Shown here piece after piece: positions 47,327 through 62,156 of a DNA stretch of 64,000 nucleotides; the stretch's first letter is position 1; each line of letters begins with the position of its first letter. A program made the translations under genes and the position numbers. Below the pieces are notes generated by a model, which was not told the origin of the DNA, ran no database searches, and was given only the letters and a program-made list of their open reading frames with translations. Source of the stretch: Ranitomeya imitator (taxonomy: Eukaryota); assembly GCF_032444005.1 (NCBI RefSeq), contig NC_091282.1:1025356001-1025420000 (forward strand), given 5' to 3'.

Positions 47327-48689
47327 CTTTAGTCAATCTCTTTTCTGAAAATAGACCATATGGAAACAGTTGATTGCAAAACCATTCTACTACTGAGACC
47401 CCTAAAAGCCCCCAAACACATTATATTGAATCAAAATAGAAATTTGTTGGCTAAGATTGAGTGATCGATTTGACCGACTGATGTCGTCATTTAAAATGAA
47501 GTCAGCCAAGTTTGATTTTTTTTTTTTGCCAAAAAGTCGGATAAAAGATGTTTAGTTCAAAGAAAGATCATTCTGAAATATTTTTTCGACAGCCGTTTGT
47601 CTATTTATGTTTTGTTGTAGTTTCTTGTACTTTTTACAGAGTCATGGCTTCCCTTCTTCGAGCTAGACATTTTATCTTTATAACTTCCCATGGTCAGGTG
47701 TGTGAACAGTTGGACTTGGAGATAGAACCCTCCCAAATAGTCATAGTGGGATGGCTTTCCCACTTTTTTTTTTATATAAAAATAGTGTTAACTAAGTACT
47801 CTGTTATTTACATTTACTATTACTATTTTCTTATTTACTTAGCAAAAGATATATGCTCATTTTGTTTTTTTGCTTGGGTTTTATATGTAAGGCCAGATTG
47901 AGAGACTATGAAAATGAACTGAAATGTGTGTGGCTGTGTCAACATTACAATAGTTTGTTAAATAACGATTCAATGATCAACATTCACTCTAAGAATAGGT
48001 GTACATGGAGGTTCCTGATCAGTTTTTTTGGAGTGGATCAACTTAAAAAACACCTGAAAAATTACTTGAGAGACTCTTTTCTTTCCTATTCTATTGTAAA
48101 ACAACTTTGCTGATCGTATATAGAGTGTTTTGAGCATTTTTTCTCTCTTCAGGGTTTGAAAATCACCAGGAGGAAGGAAGGAAAATGCATGTCACTTTTC
48201 AAGACTGCTAAGGATGAATTAAGGTCCAAACTAGGCACTATCCAATCAAAAGGCTGCAAAAAAACTCTTCAAAATCACTTCAAGAAACTATTCGAGCAAT
48301 GAAAAACTCCTCCAAAACTCCTGAAAGAAGGAGCGTTTCTTGAAACGGTTTCCACTTGAAAACAAGACATTTTTGAATGCCTAAAGAATTGGCTATTGAA
48401 CGCCTCAGTAATATACCAATGTGATTAATCTTCCAAAGTTAGAACTAACTGAGAGATTCCTTCCTCTGGCTAAAGAGTGGAAAGGGACCTCCGAAGATCT
48501 GCAACAAGTGACAGATAACACAAGAGATTATTAAATCGGTTAAAATTGTTACGCTGCCAATGAGTAGCCCATGTTTCAAATTTTTTTGAGAAATTTGCAG
48601 GGAGAAGCAGATATTTTAAAAGGACTTAAAAATATCAAAATGTAAAGGCACATAGAAATCAGAGGTATGTAAACTTCATGTCCGATCTT

Positions 48690-49214
48690 CTATACCTCAG
48701 AGCTGTCACTGCTGCTGTGTCTAGTGGTTACAGTCTCACGGCTATTGCAGTGACTATTGGAGGTAGTCTCTTTCTTAGAATGTGAGAGTTCTCTACGTTT
48801 TAGAAGCACAACAACGATAACTGTAGTGCAAATCAGGAGCAACAAAGCAGCTACCCCTCCGATGACTGGCATCAAAGTGCCCTTTGTATCCTGTCCAGTA
48901 ATTTCTAATGCTGGTTTGTCATACAGTCCACCACCTGGTAATGTGTCCTTGCTGGACACCCTTTTTAAGTGTCTTAGAGTAATGTGCCGGATGTTGGTTC
49001 CTCTGTTGTTTTCTGCACCAATATCTTGAGTAAGTGCTATATCATCTTGATTTGCTCTTCGGCTTCTCTTCACAAGCAACTGATCATTTCCAATGGCTCT
49101 GCTACTCAGCATGTGGTGGTAATCCACGCTACGCTTTCCAATACCTCTGTTGGCATTTTCTCTAGACCGGACTGTATAGATGGTATGAATGAACCATTCA
49201 CGGCCAGCAGCCAC
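48690..49214 (-). CDS. frem2/frem3: FREM2/FREM3-family (FRAS1-related extracellular matrix protein), terminal coding exon
   Basis: Acceptor AG at 49216-49215; [38 protein letters not shown]..TM helix..DSSEV then TAG; matches the recalled human FREM2 C-terminus ([27 protein letters not shown]..DSSEV). Paralog not resolved. Confidence 0.93.
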   Translation of the reverse strand: [174 protein letters not shown]

Positions 49215-49358
49215 CTAAGTATAATCAATAGGAGAAGACACATTTTACTTCTTGAATATTAGAAAACATTTTTTTCATTGTTTTAGCTTTACATAGGCAC
49301 ACATCATACTGCTTAAACAACTATAGTTGTGTTTCTGAAGAGTAAAAAAATGGAGATA

Positions 49359-50875
<1,517 letters not shown>

Positions 50876-51255
50876 TATGTGAGAAAAGCAGTGAATATAA
50901 GGACAAACATGAAATATACTGAAATTGAACTATGATAGACTTTAAATGTGCAATCCACTACAAAGCCTATGTTAGTGTTTAATCAAAAAATAATACTCAC
51001 CTACCAGACTCACTAGTCATCCATACTGCTGCTGTTGTTCCCCGCTATGGTCAACAGCGGGGGCATCAGGTGACAGCTGTAGCTAATCAGGCGGAAGAAA
51101 CTGTCTCTTGGTTCTTTTTTGTGCTCTTGATTGGCCGCAGCAGACACCTGATGCCTCTCATGGAAGAGGAAGCCAGGGTGCATCCATTTATATAATATAC
51201 TGGTGTAGTAAAATATAGCATGTGTTATAATAGCACAATTATAACAATTATTCAC

Positions 51256-51402
51256 CTGGAAAAGGGCATCTGACGAGAGACTAAATCCATCCGATCCCGG
51301 CTGTTTCACAAGGGGCAGAGCTTCTGGACTATCAGCTGCTAATTTAGCATCGAATGGAACATTTCCAAATATTTTCTCTTGGGTTTCTGGCTGAGCTTTG
51401 TC
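51256..51402 (-). CDS. frem2/frem3: FREM2/FREM3-family penultimate exon (147 bp)
   Basis: AG|GAC...CAG|GTGAAT; [49 protein letters not shown]; phase 0-0, in frame with both neighbours. Confidence 0.93.
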
Positions 51403-51841
51403 CTGTTATGGAAGTAAGTTAGAAATGAGTCTTACAATAGCCTTTGCATCTTTGAATTATCAGCCTTGTTCTACAGTAAATGCTTGTGCAGAAAGGAGTG
51501 AGGTTTTGGACAAGATGAAAGCACTTGGAGGTTACCATAATTCTAATGTGTAATGTCCATGCTTATCCATTCACTAAAACTAACACCGTTTATTTTATTT
51601 AACTGCAAGGGCTTGCTTATTTTTCCACATAAGAGAAAAAGTGGTCCTAGTTTCATCACTGGTTTTGTTCAGAGTTTTGGTGCAAGTTTCATCAGTTTTT
51701 CTCGGATGTGAAACAAGCAAAAAGAAGTATCTCCACCTCTTCCTATCTAGCAGTCTGTAAAAAATGAACAGCATTCGAATGCTGTCCGATTTTTTTCATG
51801 GACCCATAGACTTGTCAATTTTGCTCCTACACACAGATTAA

Positions 51842-52353
51842 AGGGAACCTGTCACCCCCAAAATCGAAGGTGAGCTAAGCCCACCAGCATCAGGGGCTTA
51901 TCTACAGCATTCTGTAATGCTGTAGATAAGCCCCCAATGTATACAGTGAAAGATGAGAAAAAGAGGTTAGATTATACTCACCCAGGGGCGGTCCCGGTCC
52001 GGTTCTAGTCCGATGGCCGTCACGGTCCGGTCCGGGGCCTCCCATCTTCTTACGATGACGTCCTCTTCTTGTATTCACACTGCGGCTCCGGCGCAGGCAT
52101 ACTTTGTCTGCCCTGTTGAGGGCAGAGCAAAGTACTGCAGTGTGCAGGCGCCGGGAAAGGCTCCGGACTGGACCGCGATGCCCATCGGACCAGAACCAGA
52201 CCGGGATCACCCTGGGTGAGTATAATCTAACCTATTTTTCTCATCTTTCAGGATACATCGGGGGCTTATCTACAGCATCACAGAACGCTGTAGATAAGAC
52301 CCTGATGCTGGTGGGCTTAGCTCACCTTAGATTTTGGGGGTGACAGGTTCCCT
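51842..52353. mobile_element. T2/Kolobok-type MITE
   Basis: TTAA-AGGGAACCTGTCACCCCC ... GGGGGTGACAGGTTCCCT-TTAA. Confidence 0.88.
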
Positions 52354-52609
52354 TTAATATCAGACATGATTTTGAGTGAACCACTCAGTCTGCAAATCTA
52401 TTCAGCCATGTGAACAGTCTAAGTACCAGTGCGATCCATAAAAAACACGGATAGAACTCTTATGTGAAAATCGCACATCTTAATGAGCCCTTACACTGCT
52501 ATAAAAATGATCCTATTGACATAGTAACATGTAATTACATTGATTGCACGTTGGGCACTGTAATAACTTCAATAGGTGAGGGAATTCATTTAGATATGCT
52601 CCGACATAC

Positions 52610-52797
52610 CAGTATCTTAAACCTATAAAGTAAGGTAGAAGAATCAGCAAGACATCCATATTCCTTGTCATCTGGATTGTATTTGGGTACATAACCATCA
52701 GCTCCGGTACACAAAAATACTTTCTCAATGCTGCAGAAGAATGAATCTCCAAGATTTTGTACAGGATCCACCATGACACGTCCATAGATTGTAGACC
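52610..52797 (-). CDS. frem2/frem3: FREM2/FREM3-family exon (188 bp)
   Basis: AG|GG..CTG|GTATGT; (G)[62 protein letters not shown]; phase 1-0. Confidence 0.94.
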
Positions 52798-53299
52798 CTT
52801 TATTGAAAGAAGAGAAATAAAAAATTCCTAATAACTCATGAAATACACCATTGTATTAATAATCAAAACAATAAAAATTAAGATAATATAATTCAGTGGG
52901 TCTGCTTTGTTTCCAGAGATTACACCATTCTTATCCATGACTGTAAGTGGTACTGGAGCACATACTTAGAGCTGATCTACAATACAGGACATAATTAAGG
53001 AACTCTGAAATGACAGTTTAGTAAGAATCAGGCCGGGGTCACACCTAACATATAAAAATACAGTCTGTTTTTTACGGCCAAGATATGCAGAAAAGTTCCT
53101 GAACAGTGATCCGTATCCAATTCGAGTATGCGATTTTTTCTCCTAAAACTATACATGTGTCATCCGTATAGCATCCGTATGGCATCCGTACGGTGAGATT
53201 TTCTCGCCGGCTTGTAAAATGAACATAGAATGGATCCATGGGCTCAAATATTCGTGAAAACATATATACAGTCTATATATATATATATATATATATATA

Positions 53300-55539
53300 C
53301 TAGCTGAAGAGCCCGGCGTTGCCTGGGCATAGTAAATATCTGTGGTTAGTTGTAGCACCCCACTTCTCTTATTTTCCCATCACGTCTCTCATTTTCCCCA
53401 TCACATCTTTCATTTTCCCTCTCACATCTGTCATTTTCTCCCTCACACCTCTCATTTTCCCCCTCACTCCTCTTATTTTCCCCCTCACACCTCTCATTCC
53501 CCCCTAACACATGTAATTTCGACCTCACATCTTTCATTTTCCGATCACTCCACTATTTTCCCTCAATCCTCTCATTTTGCACTCACACCTTTTCATTTTC
53601 ACCTCACACCTCTCATTTTCACATCAGTATATACATGTTTGTCATCTCCCTTATATATAGTATACACCTGTATGTCATCTCCTGTATATAGTATATACCT
53701 GTATGTCATCTCCCCTGTATATAGTATATACCTGCTGTGTGTCATCTCCCCTGTATATAGTATATACCTGTATGTCATCTCCTGCTATATATAGTATATA
53801 CCTGTATGTCATCTCCTCCTGTATATAGTACATACCTGTGTGTCATCTCCCCTGTATATAGTATATACCTTCATGTCATCTCCTACTGTATATAGTATAT
53901 ACCTGTAGGTCATCTGCTCCTGTATATAGTATATACCTGTGTGTCATCTCCTCCTGTATATAGTATATACCTGTATGTCATCTCCTCCTGTATATAGTAT
54001 GAACCTGTATGTCATCTCCTCCTCTATATAGTATATACCTGTGTGTCATCTCTCCTGTATATAGTATATACCTGTGTGTTATCTCCCCTGTACATAGTAT
54101 ATATCTGTATGTCATTTCCTCTTGTATTAGACCTCGTTCACACGTTATTTGGTCAATATTTTTACCTCAGTATTTGTAAGCTAAATTGGCAGCCTGATAA
54201 AGCCCCAGCCAACAGGAAGCCCTCCCCCTGGCAGTATATATTAGCTCACACATACACATAATAGACAGGTCATGTGACTGACAGCTGCTGGATTTCCTAT
54301 ATGGTACATTTGTTGCTCTTGTAGTTTGTCTGCTTATTAATCAGATTTTTATTTTTGAAGGATAATACCAGACTTGTGTGTGTTTTAGGGCGAGTTTCGT
54401 GTGTCAAGCTCTGGGTGTTGAGTTGCGTGTGGCGACATGCATGTAGCGACTTTTGTGAGATGAGTTTTGTGTGGCGACATGCGTGTAGCAACTTTTTGTG
54501 AGTCGAGTTGCATGTGACAGGTTAGTGTAGCAAGTTGTGTGCAGCAAGTTTTGCACAAGGCGAGTTTTGCGCGTGGTGAGTTTTATGTCTGGTGCCTTTT
54601 GAGTATGTGCAAGTCTTGCGTGAGGCAACTTATGCATGTGTTGCAAATTTTGTGCATGTGGCAATTTTTCTGCATGTGCAAGTTTTGCGTGTGGCGAGTT
54701 TTCCATGAGATGAGTTTTGCACTTGTGGCGAGTTTTGCGTGAGCCTAGTTTTTGCATGTGGCGAGTTTTGCGCGTGGTGAGTTTTGAGCGGCGACTTTTG
54801 TGTTTGGACTTTTATGTGGCGAGGTTGGTGTATGTGTGGTGAAATGTGTGCTGAGGGTAATTTGTGTTCAAGCATCTGGTAGTGTGTGGCGCATTTTGAG
54901 TGTGTTCATATCCCCGTGTGTGGTGAGTATCCCATGTCGGGGCCCCACCTTAGCAACTGTACGGTATATACTCTTTGGCGCCATCGCTCTCATTCTTTAA
55001 GTCCCCCTTGTTCACATCTGGCAGCTGTCAATTTGCCTCCAACACTTTTCCTTTCACTTTTCCCCATTATGTAGATAGGGGAAAAATAGTTTGGTGAATT
55101 GAAAAGCGCGGAGTTAAAATTTCACCTCACAACGTAGGCTATGACGCTCTCAGGGTCCAGACGTGTGACTGTGCAAAATTTTGTTTCTGTAGCTGCGACG
55201 CCTCCAACACTTTTCCTTTCACTTTTTTCCCCATTATGTAGATAGGGGCAAAATTGTTTGGTGAATTGGAAAGCGCGGGGTTAAAATTTCACCTCACAAT
55301 GTAGCCTATGACGCTCTCAGGGTCCAGACGTGTGACTGTGCAAAATTTTGTTGCTGTAGCTGCAACGCTTCCAACACTTTTCCTTTCACTTTTTTCCCCA
55401 TTATGTAGATAGGGGCAAAATTGTTTGGTGAATTGGAACGCGCAGGGTTAAAATTTCGCCTCACAACATAGCCTATGATGCTCTCGGGGTCCAGACGTGT
55501 GACTGTGCAAAATTTTGTGGCTGTAGCTGCGACGGTGCA
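53300..55539 (-). mobile_element. Non-autonomous Helitron carrying tandem repeats; 5' end probably in the gap
   Basis: Minus strand ends with GC hairpin GCCCAGGCAACGCCGGGC, 8 nt, then CTAG followed by T; internal ~18-, ~30- and ~166-bp tandem arrays. Confidence 0.7.
55039..55539. repeat. ~166-bp satellite-like tandem repeat abutting the gap
   Basis: Units start CCAACACTTTTCC at 55039, 55204 and 55371. Confidence 0.9.
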
Positions 55540-55702
55540 NNNNNNNNNNNNNNNNNNNNNNNNNNNNNNNNNNNNNNNNNNNNNNNNNNNNNNNNNNNNN
55601 NNNNNNNNNNNNNNNNNNNNNNNNNNNNNNNNNNNNNNNNNNNNNNNNNNNNNNNNNNNNNNNNNNNNNNNNNNNNNNNNNNNNNNNNNNNNNNNNNNNN
55701 NN
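55540..55702. other. Assembly gap (N run)
   Basis: Ns in the sequence. Confidence 1.
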
Positions 55703-55711
55703 ATATATTTA

Positions 55712-57314
55712 CAGTGGGGCAAAAAAGTATTTAGTCAGTCAGCAATAGTGCAAGTTCCACCACTTAAAAAGATGAGAGGCGTCTGTAATTTACATCATAG
55801 GTAGACCTCAACTATGGGAGACAAACTGAGAAAAAAAAATCCAGAAAATCACATTGTCTGTTTTTTTATCATTTTATTTGCATATTATGGTGGAAAATAA
55901 GTATTTGGTCAGAAACAAACAATCAAGATTTCTGGCTCTCACAGACCTGTAACTTCTTCTTTAAGAGTCTCCTCTTTCCTCCACTCATTACCTGTAGTAA
56001 TGGCACCTGTTTAAACTTGTTATCAGTATAAAAAGACACCTGTGCACACCCTCAAACAGTATGACTCCAAACTCCACTATGGTGAAGACCAAAGAGCTGT
56101 CAAACGACACCAGAAACAAAATTGTAGCCCTGCACCAGGCTGGGAAGACTGAATCTGCAATAGCCAACCAGCTTGGAGTGAAGAAATCAACAGTGGGAGC
56201 AATAATTAGAAAATGGAAGACATACAAGACCACTGATAATCTCCCTCGATGTGGGGCTCCACGCAAAATCCCATTCCGTGGGGTCAGAATGATCACAAGA
56301 ACGGTGAGCAAAAATCCCAGAACCACGCGGGGGGACCTAGTGAACTGCAGAGAGCTGGGACCAATGTAACAAGGCCTACCATAAGTAACACACTACGCCA
56401 CCATGGACTCAGATCCTGCAGTGCCAGACGTGTCCCACTGCTTAAGCCAGTACATGTCCGGGCCCGTCTGAAGTTTGCTAGAGAGCATTTGAATGATCCA
56501 GAGGCGTTTTGGGAGAATGTCCTATGGTCTGATGAAAGCAAACTGGAACTGTTTGGTAGAAACACAACTTGTCGTGTTTGGATGAAAAAGAATACTGAGT
56601 TGCATCCATCAAACACCATACCTACTGTAAAGCATGGTGGTGGAAACATCATGCTTTGGGGCTGTTTCCCTGCAAAGGGGCCAGGACGACTGATCCGGGT
56701 ACATGAAAGAATGAATTGGGCCATGTATCGTGAGATTTTGAGTGCAAACCTCCTTCCATCAGCAAGGGCATAGAAGATGAAACGTGGCTGGGTCTTTCAA
56801 CATGATAATGATCCAAAGCACACCGCCAGGGCAACGAAGGAGTGGCTTTGTAAGAAGCATTTCAAGGTCCTGGAGTGGCCTAGCCAGTCTCCAGATCTCA
56901 ACCCTATAGAAAACCTTTGGAGGGAGTTGAAAGTCCGTGTTGCCAAGCGAAAAGCCAAAAACATCACTGCTCTAGAGGAGATCTGCATGGAGGAATGGGC
57001 CAACATACCAACAACAGTGTGTGGCAACCTTGTGAAGACTTACAGAAAACGTTTGACCTCTGTCATTGCCAACAAAGGTTATATTACAAAGTATTGAGAT
57101 GAAATTTTGTTTCTGACCAAATACTTATTTTCCAGCATAATATGCAAATAAATTGTTAAAAAAAACAGACAATGTGATTTTCTGGATATTTTTTTCTCAG
57201 TTTGTCTCCCATAGTTGAGGTCTACCTATGATGTAAATTACAGACGCTTCTCATCTTTTTAAGTGGTGGAACTTGCACTATTGCTGACTGACCAAATACT
57301 TTTTTGCCCCAGTG
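55712..57314 (+). mobile_element. Tc1-like DD34E transposon with long TIRs, defective
   Basis: CAGTGGGGCAAAAAAGTATTT / AAATACTTTTTGCCCCAGTG, TA TSD, ~200-bp IR/DR-like ends. Confidence 0.93.
56079..57097 (+). pseudogene. Tc1 transposase pseudogene
   Basis: MVKTKELS.., [12 protein letters not shown], 34-residue spacing to NPIE; frameshift ~56345 and TAG at 56771. Confidence 0.92.
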
Positions 57315-57326
57315 TATTTAGATTTC

Positions 57327-58449
57327 ATACAGAGCTAGATAGCATAAAAGCCGGTAATTCAATTTTGCCGGCTTTGCTATCTCCTTATCAAACCCGACAG
57401 GATATGAGACATGGTTTACATACAGTAAGCCATTTCATATCCCTTAGATTTTTACATATTCCTCGCTAATAATGTTAGTAGTGAGTGTGTGCAAAATTTG
57501 GGAGCTCTGGGTGTTAAAATAAAGGGTTAAATCACAGAAAAAACTGGCGTGGGCTCCAGCGCAATTTTTTCCACAAGAGTGGGAAAGCTAGTGACTGAGG
57601 GCATGTATTAATAGCCTACATAGGGACCATGGTTATTGGCCCCCCTGGCTAAAAACATCTGCCCCCAGCCTCCCCAGAAATGGCACATCTGTAAGATGCG
57701 CCTATTCTGGCCACTCTCTTCCCACTCCCGAGTAGCTGTGGGATATGGGGTAATAAGGGGTTAATGTCACCTTACTAATGTAAGGTGACATTAAGCCTGG
57801 TTAATAATGGAGAGATGTCAATAAGACACCTATCCGTTGTTAATCCAATAGTAATAAAGGGTTAAAAATACACACACACATTATGAATAAAGTATTTTAA
57901 TGAAATATATAAACACATTGGGTTTTAATATCTTTATTGTATGCTCAATCCACCTGACAACCCTTGTTCTTCTGAAAAAAAGGAAAATAAAAAAACAACA
58001 ATATCCCATACCTGTCCGCCGTACAGTCATGTCCCACAGGGTAAATTCATCTGAAGGGGTTAAATAAATTTACAACCAGGAGCGCTGCTAATGCAGCCAC
58101 CCCTGGCTGTAAAAACTGGAGAATGAATGGAATATAGCTTCATTGACTTGCGGTGCTGCGCCCCCTGGTGGCATAAACTCATGTGAACTCTAGCGTGAAA
58201 AAATATTCAGAAAAACTCTCACGTTTTCCCACTTTTTTCCGTGATTTAACCCTTTATTTTAACACCTAGAGCTCCCAAATTTTGCACACACACACACTAC
58301 TAACATTATTAGTGAGGAATATGTAAAAATATAACAGATATGAAATGGTTTATTGTATGTAAACCATGTCTCATACCTGTCGGGTTTGATAAGGAGATAG
58401 CAATAGCTGGCAATTGAATTACCGGCTTTTCTGCTATCTAGCGCTGTAT
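57327..58449. mobile_element. Non-autonomous element with ~215-bp terminal inverted repeats
   Basis: 57327-57545 is the inverse of 58233-58449 (ATACAG(A/C)GCTAGATAGC...GGGTTAAATCAC). Confidence 0.75.
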
Positions 58450-58470
58450 TAAATATAAATATACATATAT

Positions 58471-58770
58471 TAGTGATGAGCGAATATACTCGTTACTCGA
58501 GATTTCTCTAGCACGTTCGGGTGTCCTCCGAATATTTTGTTAGTGCTCGGAGATTTAGTTTTTATTGCCGCAGCTGAATGATCTACATCTGTTAGCCAGC
58601 GTAAGTACATGTGGGGATTCCCTAGCAACCAGGCAACCCCCACATGTACTTATGCTGGCTAACAGATGTAACTCAATCAGCTGCAGCAATAAAAACTGAA
58701 TTTCCGAGCTCTAAAAAATACTCCAAGCGTGCTCGGGAAATCTTGAGTAACGAGTATATTCGCTCATCAT
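58471..58770. mobile_element. hAT-like MITE in a TA tract
   Basis: TAGTGATGAGCGAATATACTCGTTACTC / GAGTAACGAGTATATTCGCTCATCA; related to 11311-11605. Confidence 0.75.
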
Positions 58771-58783
58771 ATATATATATATA

Positions 58784-59383
58784 CAGTACAGACCAAAAGT
58801 TTGGACACACCTTCTCATTTAAAGATTTTTCTGTATTTTCATGACTGTGAAAATTGTAAATTCACTGAAGGCATCAAAACTATGAATTAACACATGTGGA
58901 ATTTTATACTTAACAAAAAAGTGTGAAGTAAGTGAAATTATGTCTTATATTCTAGGTTCCTCAAAGTATCCACCTTTTCCTTTGATGACTGCTTTGCACA
59001 CTCTTGTCATTCTCTTGATGAGCTTCAAGAGGTAGTCACCGGGAATGGTTTTCACTTCACAGGTGTGCCCTGTCAGGATTAATAAGTGGTCTTTCTTGCC
59101 TTATAAATAGGGTTGGGACCATCAGTTGTGTTGAGCAGAAGTCTGGTGGATACACAGCTGATAGTCCTACTGAATAGACTGTTAGAATTTGTATTATGGC
59201 AAGAAAAAAGCAGCTAAGTAAAGAAAAACGAGTGGCCATCATTACTTTAAGAAATGAAGGTCAGTCAGTCCGAAAAATTGGGAAAAATTTTAAAGTGTCC
59301 CCAAGTACAGTTGCAAAAACCATCAAGCGCCAAAAAGAAACTGGCTCACATAAGGACCTTCCCAGGTCTTTTGGTCTGTACTA
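58784..59383 (+). mobile_element. Internally deleted Tc1-like element
   Basis: CAGTACAGACCAAAAG / CTTTTGGTCTGTACT ends; only the HTH N-terminus (MARKKQLSKEKRVAIITLRNEG...) remains. Confidence 0.8.
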
Positions 59384-61047
59384 TATATATATATGTGTGT
59401 CTCACTGACATAAATATATATATACTATGTGTAGACATTTATTTTAGCTATTCTATTCTAACCTGTCAGTGTGATTTTACTGTACACCGCGCTGAATTGC
59501 CGGCTTTTCTATAGAACACCGCTGCGTATTTCTTGCAAGTCACACGCATGGTCCGTGTGTAACCCGTATTTTTCTCGCCCCCATAGGCTTTCATTGGCGT
59601 ATATTTGGAGGAATACGCTGACAAACGCAGCATGCTGCGATTTTCTCAGCCCATAAAATACGGCCGAGAAATATATGGCAGATAGGAGCTGCCCCATAGA
59701 GAAACATTGGTCTGTGTGCAATGCATTGTTTTTGTGCCTCTCCCTCGTCAGTATTCCTCTCTAGTGTGACCCCGGCCTCATAGTTGTCCTCACAGGTAGT
59801 CCACAGCATGTTTAGCTGGACCTTGAAACATTCAGTTACATCTTCAGTTGGTGGAATTGGCTGAGCTCATGACACAGACATGAAGGACTTTCTCATATTT
59901 TTCTGCTTTACTTGTAACAAGAGACAAATGATTAAATGGGTAGGACTATTTTTTTTTTTTACTATGGGTCTAATGGACTGGCAGGCAGGTAGCTGCTTCA
60001 CATCAGCAGAGCAGCCCTTCTCCTTCCGGGTTGCTCTGTCAGCGGGAGCTGCTGGCTTCTTGCTGATTGACAGCCGGCGTCCCGCAGTTAGGCATGACAT
60101 CAGCAGTAACATCCCATCACCAGGACAGAACTTCCAACGTTTCCATTACAGCGTACTATGTATTTTGCAGGGAGGGTCTGTTAAACCTGCTGAAGGAAAT
60201 TCAAGCATAACACCCAGAGGAGACAGGTTCTGACCCTTTCACTGCCATCATCTGAACTCCAAATGAGTTTGTTCTCATCAATGTGGCTGAAGGCAGACTA
60301 ATTGACTGGAGAAAATCAGGGGACTTGAAGCCACTTACATGCGTCTTTTAAAGGAATCAAGTCAAGTACGCTAATAAAGTGATTTGCAAAGTTTCATAAC
60401 TTTCCATGCTGGACAAAATTCTATATTTGTATAAAAAAAAATTGTTGTTCTTTAAGAATTGTGGGGAAATACTTGCTTTTAATATTGGAAGACTACCCTT
60501 AAATTGTTGATAATTTCTAACATACAAGTAAATTTGTACCATACAAGTTAACTTTGAATTAATGTATCACTATATATGGTGCAATATTAGTATGGTTGTT
60601 CCATGTGAATCATTTTTGGAATATCTATAGTAAACAGTAAATATCCAATAGATAAGGTCCCACCACTGGGGCACTTATCCATCTTAAGAATGAGGCCACA
60701 TTGCATGCTCTCAGCAATAGAGAGGTGACCATGAATCCGCAGCTCTCTCCAATGGGGAACTTTGAAGATTGCAGAGCGTGTGCTAAAGAACCTCTTCTTA
60801 AGATAGATGCAAGTGGGACCTACGGTTATAGGACACTTATGACTAATTATTTTGATATGCCATAAATGTCCCTGATGGCAAAAACACTTTAAAACGCTCT
60901 CAGGGAATATATTGATCAGGCCAAAATCGCGGACTCTCCCTTAATATGTATGCTGTTCACTAAAGAATATTGGGGGGCAGCAGAAATTGTTTGTTTTTTC
61001 TCTTAAAGGCACCTCTGAATGTGAGATATGTAAGGTTTTCGCATATA

Positions 61048-61952
61048 CGGGTACCTCTCACAAAATTAGAATGTCTTCAAAAAGTTAATTTATTTCAGTT
61101 CTTCAATATAAAAAGTGAAACTCATATATTATATAGAGTCATTACAAACAGACTGATCTATTTCAAGTGTTTATTTCTGTTAATGTTGATTATTATGGCT
61201 TACAGCCAATGAAAACGCCAAAGTCATTATCTCAGTAAATTAGAATACTTTATAACACCAGCTTGAAAAATTATTTTAAAATCCGAAATGTTGGCATACT
61301 GAAATGTATGTTCAGTAAATGCACTCAATACTTGGTCGGGGCTCCTTTTGCATTAATTGCTGCATCAATGTGGCGTGACATGGAGGCGATCAGCCTGTGG
61401 CACTGCTGAGGTGTTATGGAAGCCCAGATTGCTTTGATAGTAGCCTTCAGCTTGTCTGCATTGTTGAGTCTGGTGTCTCTCATCTTCCTCTTGACAATAC
61501 CCCATAGAGTCTATGGGGTTAAGGTCAGGCGTGTTTGCTGGCCAATCAAGCACAGAGATACTGTTGTTTTTAAACCAGGTATTGGTAGTTTTGGCAGTGT
61601 GGGCAGGTGCCAAGTCCTGCTGGAGAGTGTGTAAATGACTGCCTTCTGGACATCTGTCAAGTCAGCAGTCTTCCCCATGATTGTGGAGCCTACTGAAACA
61701 GACTAAGGGACCTTTTTAAACACTTAGGAAGCCTTTGCCGGCTTCTTTTTGTTAATTATTCTAATTTACTGAGATAATAACTTTTGGATTTTCATTGGCT
61801 GTAAGTCATAATCATCAACATTAACAGAAATAAACACTAAAAACAGATCACTCTGTAATGACTCTATATAATATATGAGTTTCACTTTTTGTATTGAAGA
61901 AATGAAATAAATTAACTTTCTGATGATATTCTAATTTTGTGAGAAGCACCTG
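61048..61952 (-). mobile_element. Internally deleted Tc1-like element
   Basis: TCTCACAAAATTAGAAT TIRs with TA flanks; remnant DWPANTPDLNPI on the minus strand. Confidence 0.8.
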
Positions 61953-62156
61953 TATGTATTTTCTCCTCCGTGCTCTAATCACTAAAAATAGCTTGCAGGA
62001 AAAACACCATAATTTTCAAGAAGCATTATTTTTGACATTTGCAAAAGTTTTGAAAAAAGGAGTCATCATTACTTTAGAGTCACATAAATTGCAACATATT
62101 AAAAAAAACTAAAACATTATTCCACACAATACAGTTGCAGTTCTCTATGATACCAA

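Larger units (their letters stand above)
53031..59777. mobile_element. Harbinger-type MITE whose internal (TA)n tract hosts five nested elements
   Basis: TIR GGCCGGGGTCACAC / GTGTGACCCCGGCC with TCA TSD on both sides. Confidence 0.8.

Noticed and set aside
48136-48211. Plus-strand polypyrimidine/AG acceptor with a short open frame
   Set aside because: No upstream partner exon or homology; probably chance within the frem 3'UTR.
48318-48350. Hammerhead-like CTGAAAGA...GAAAC
   Set aside because: Extra base in the core, poor stem II, and no stem I or III pairing.
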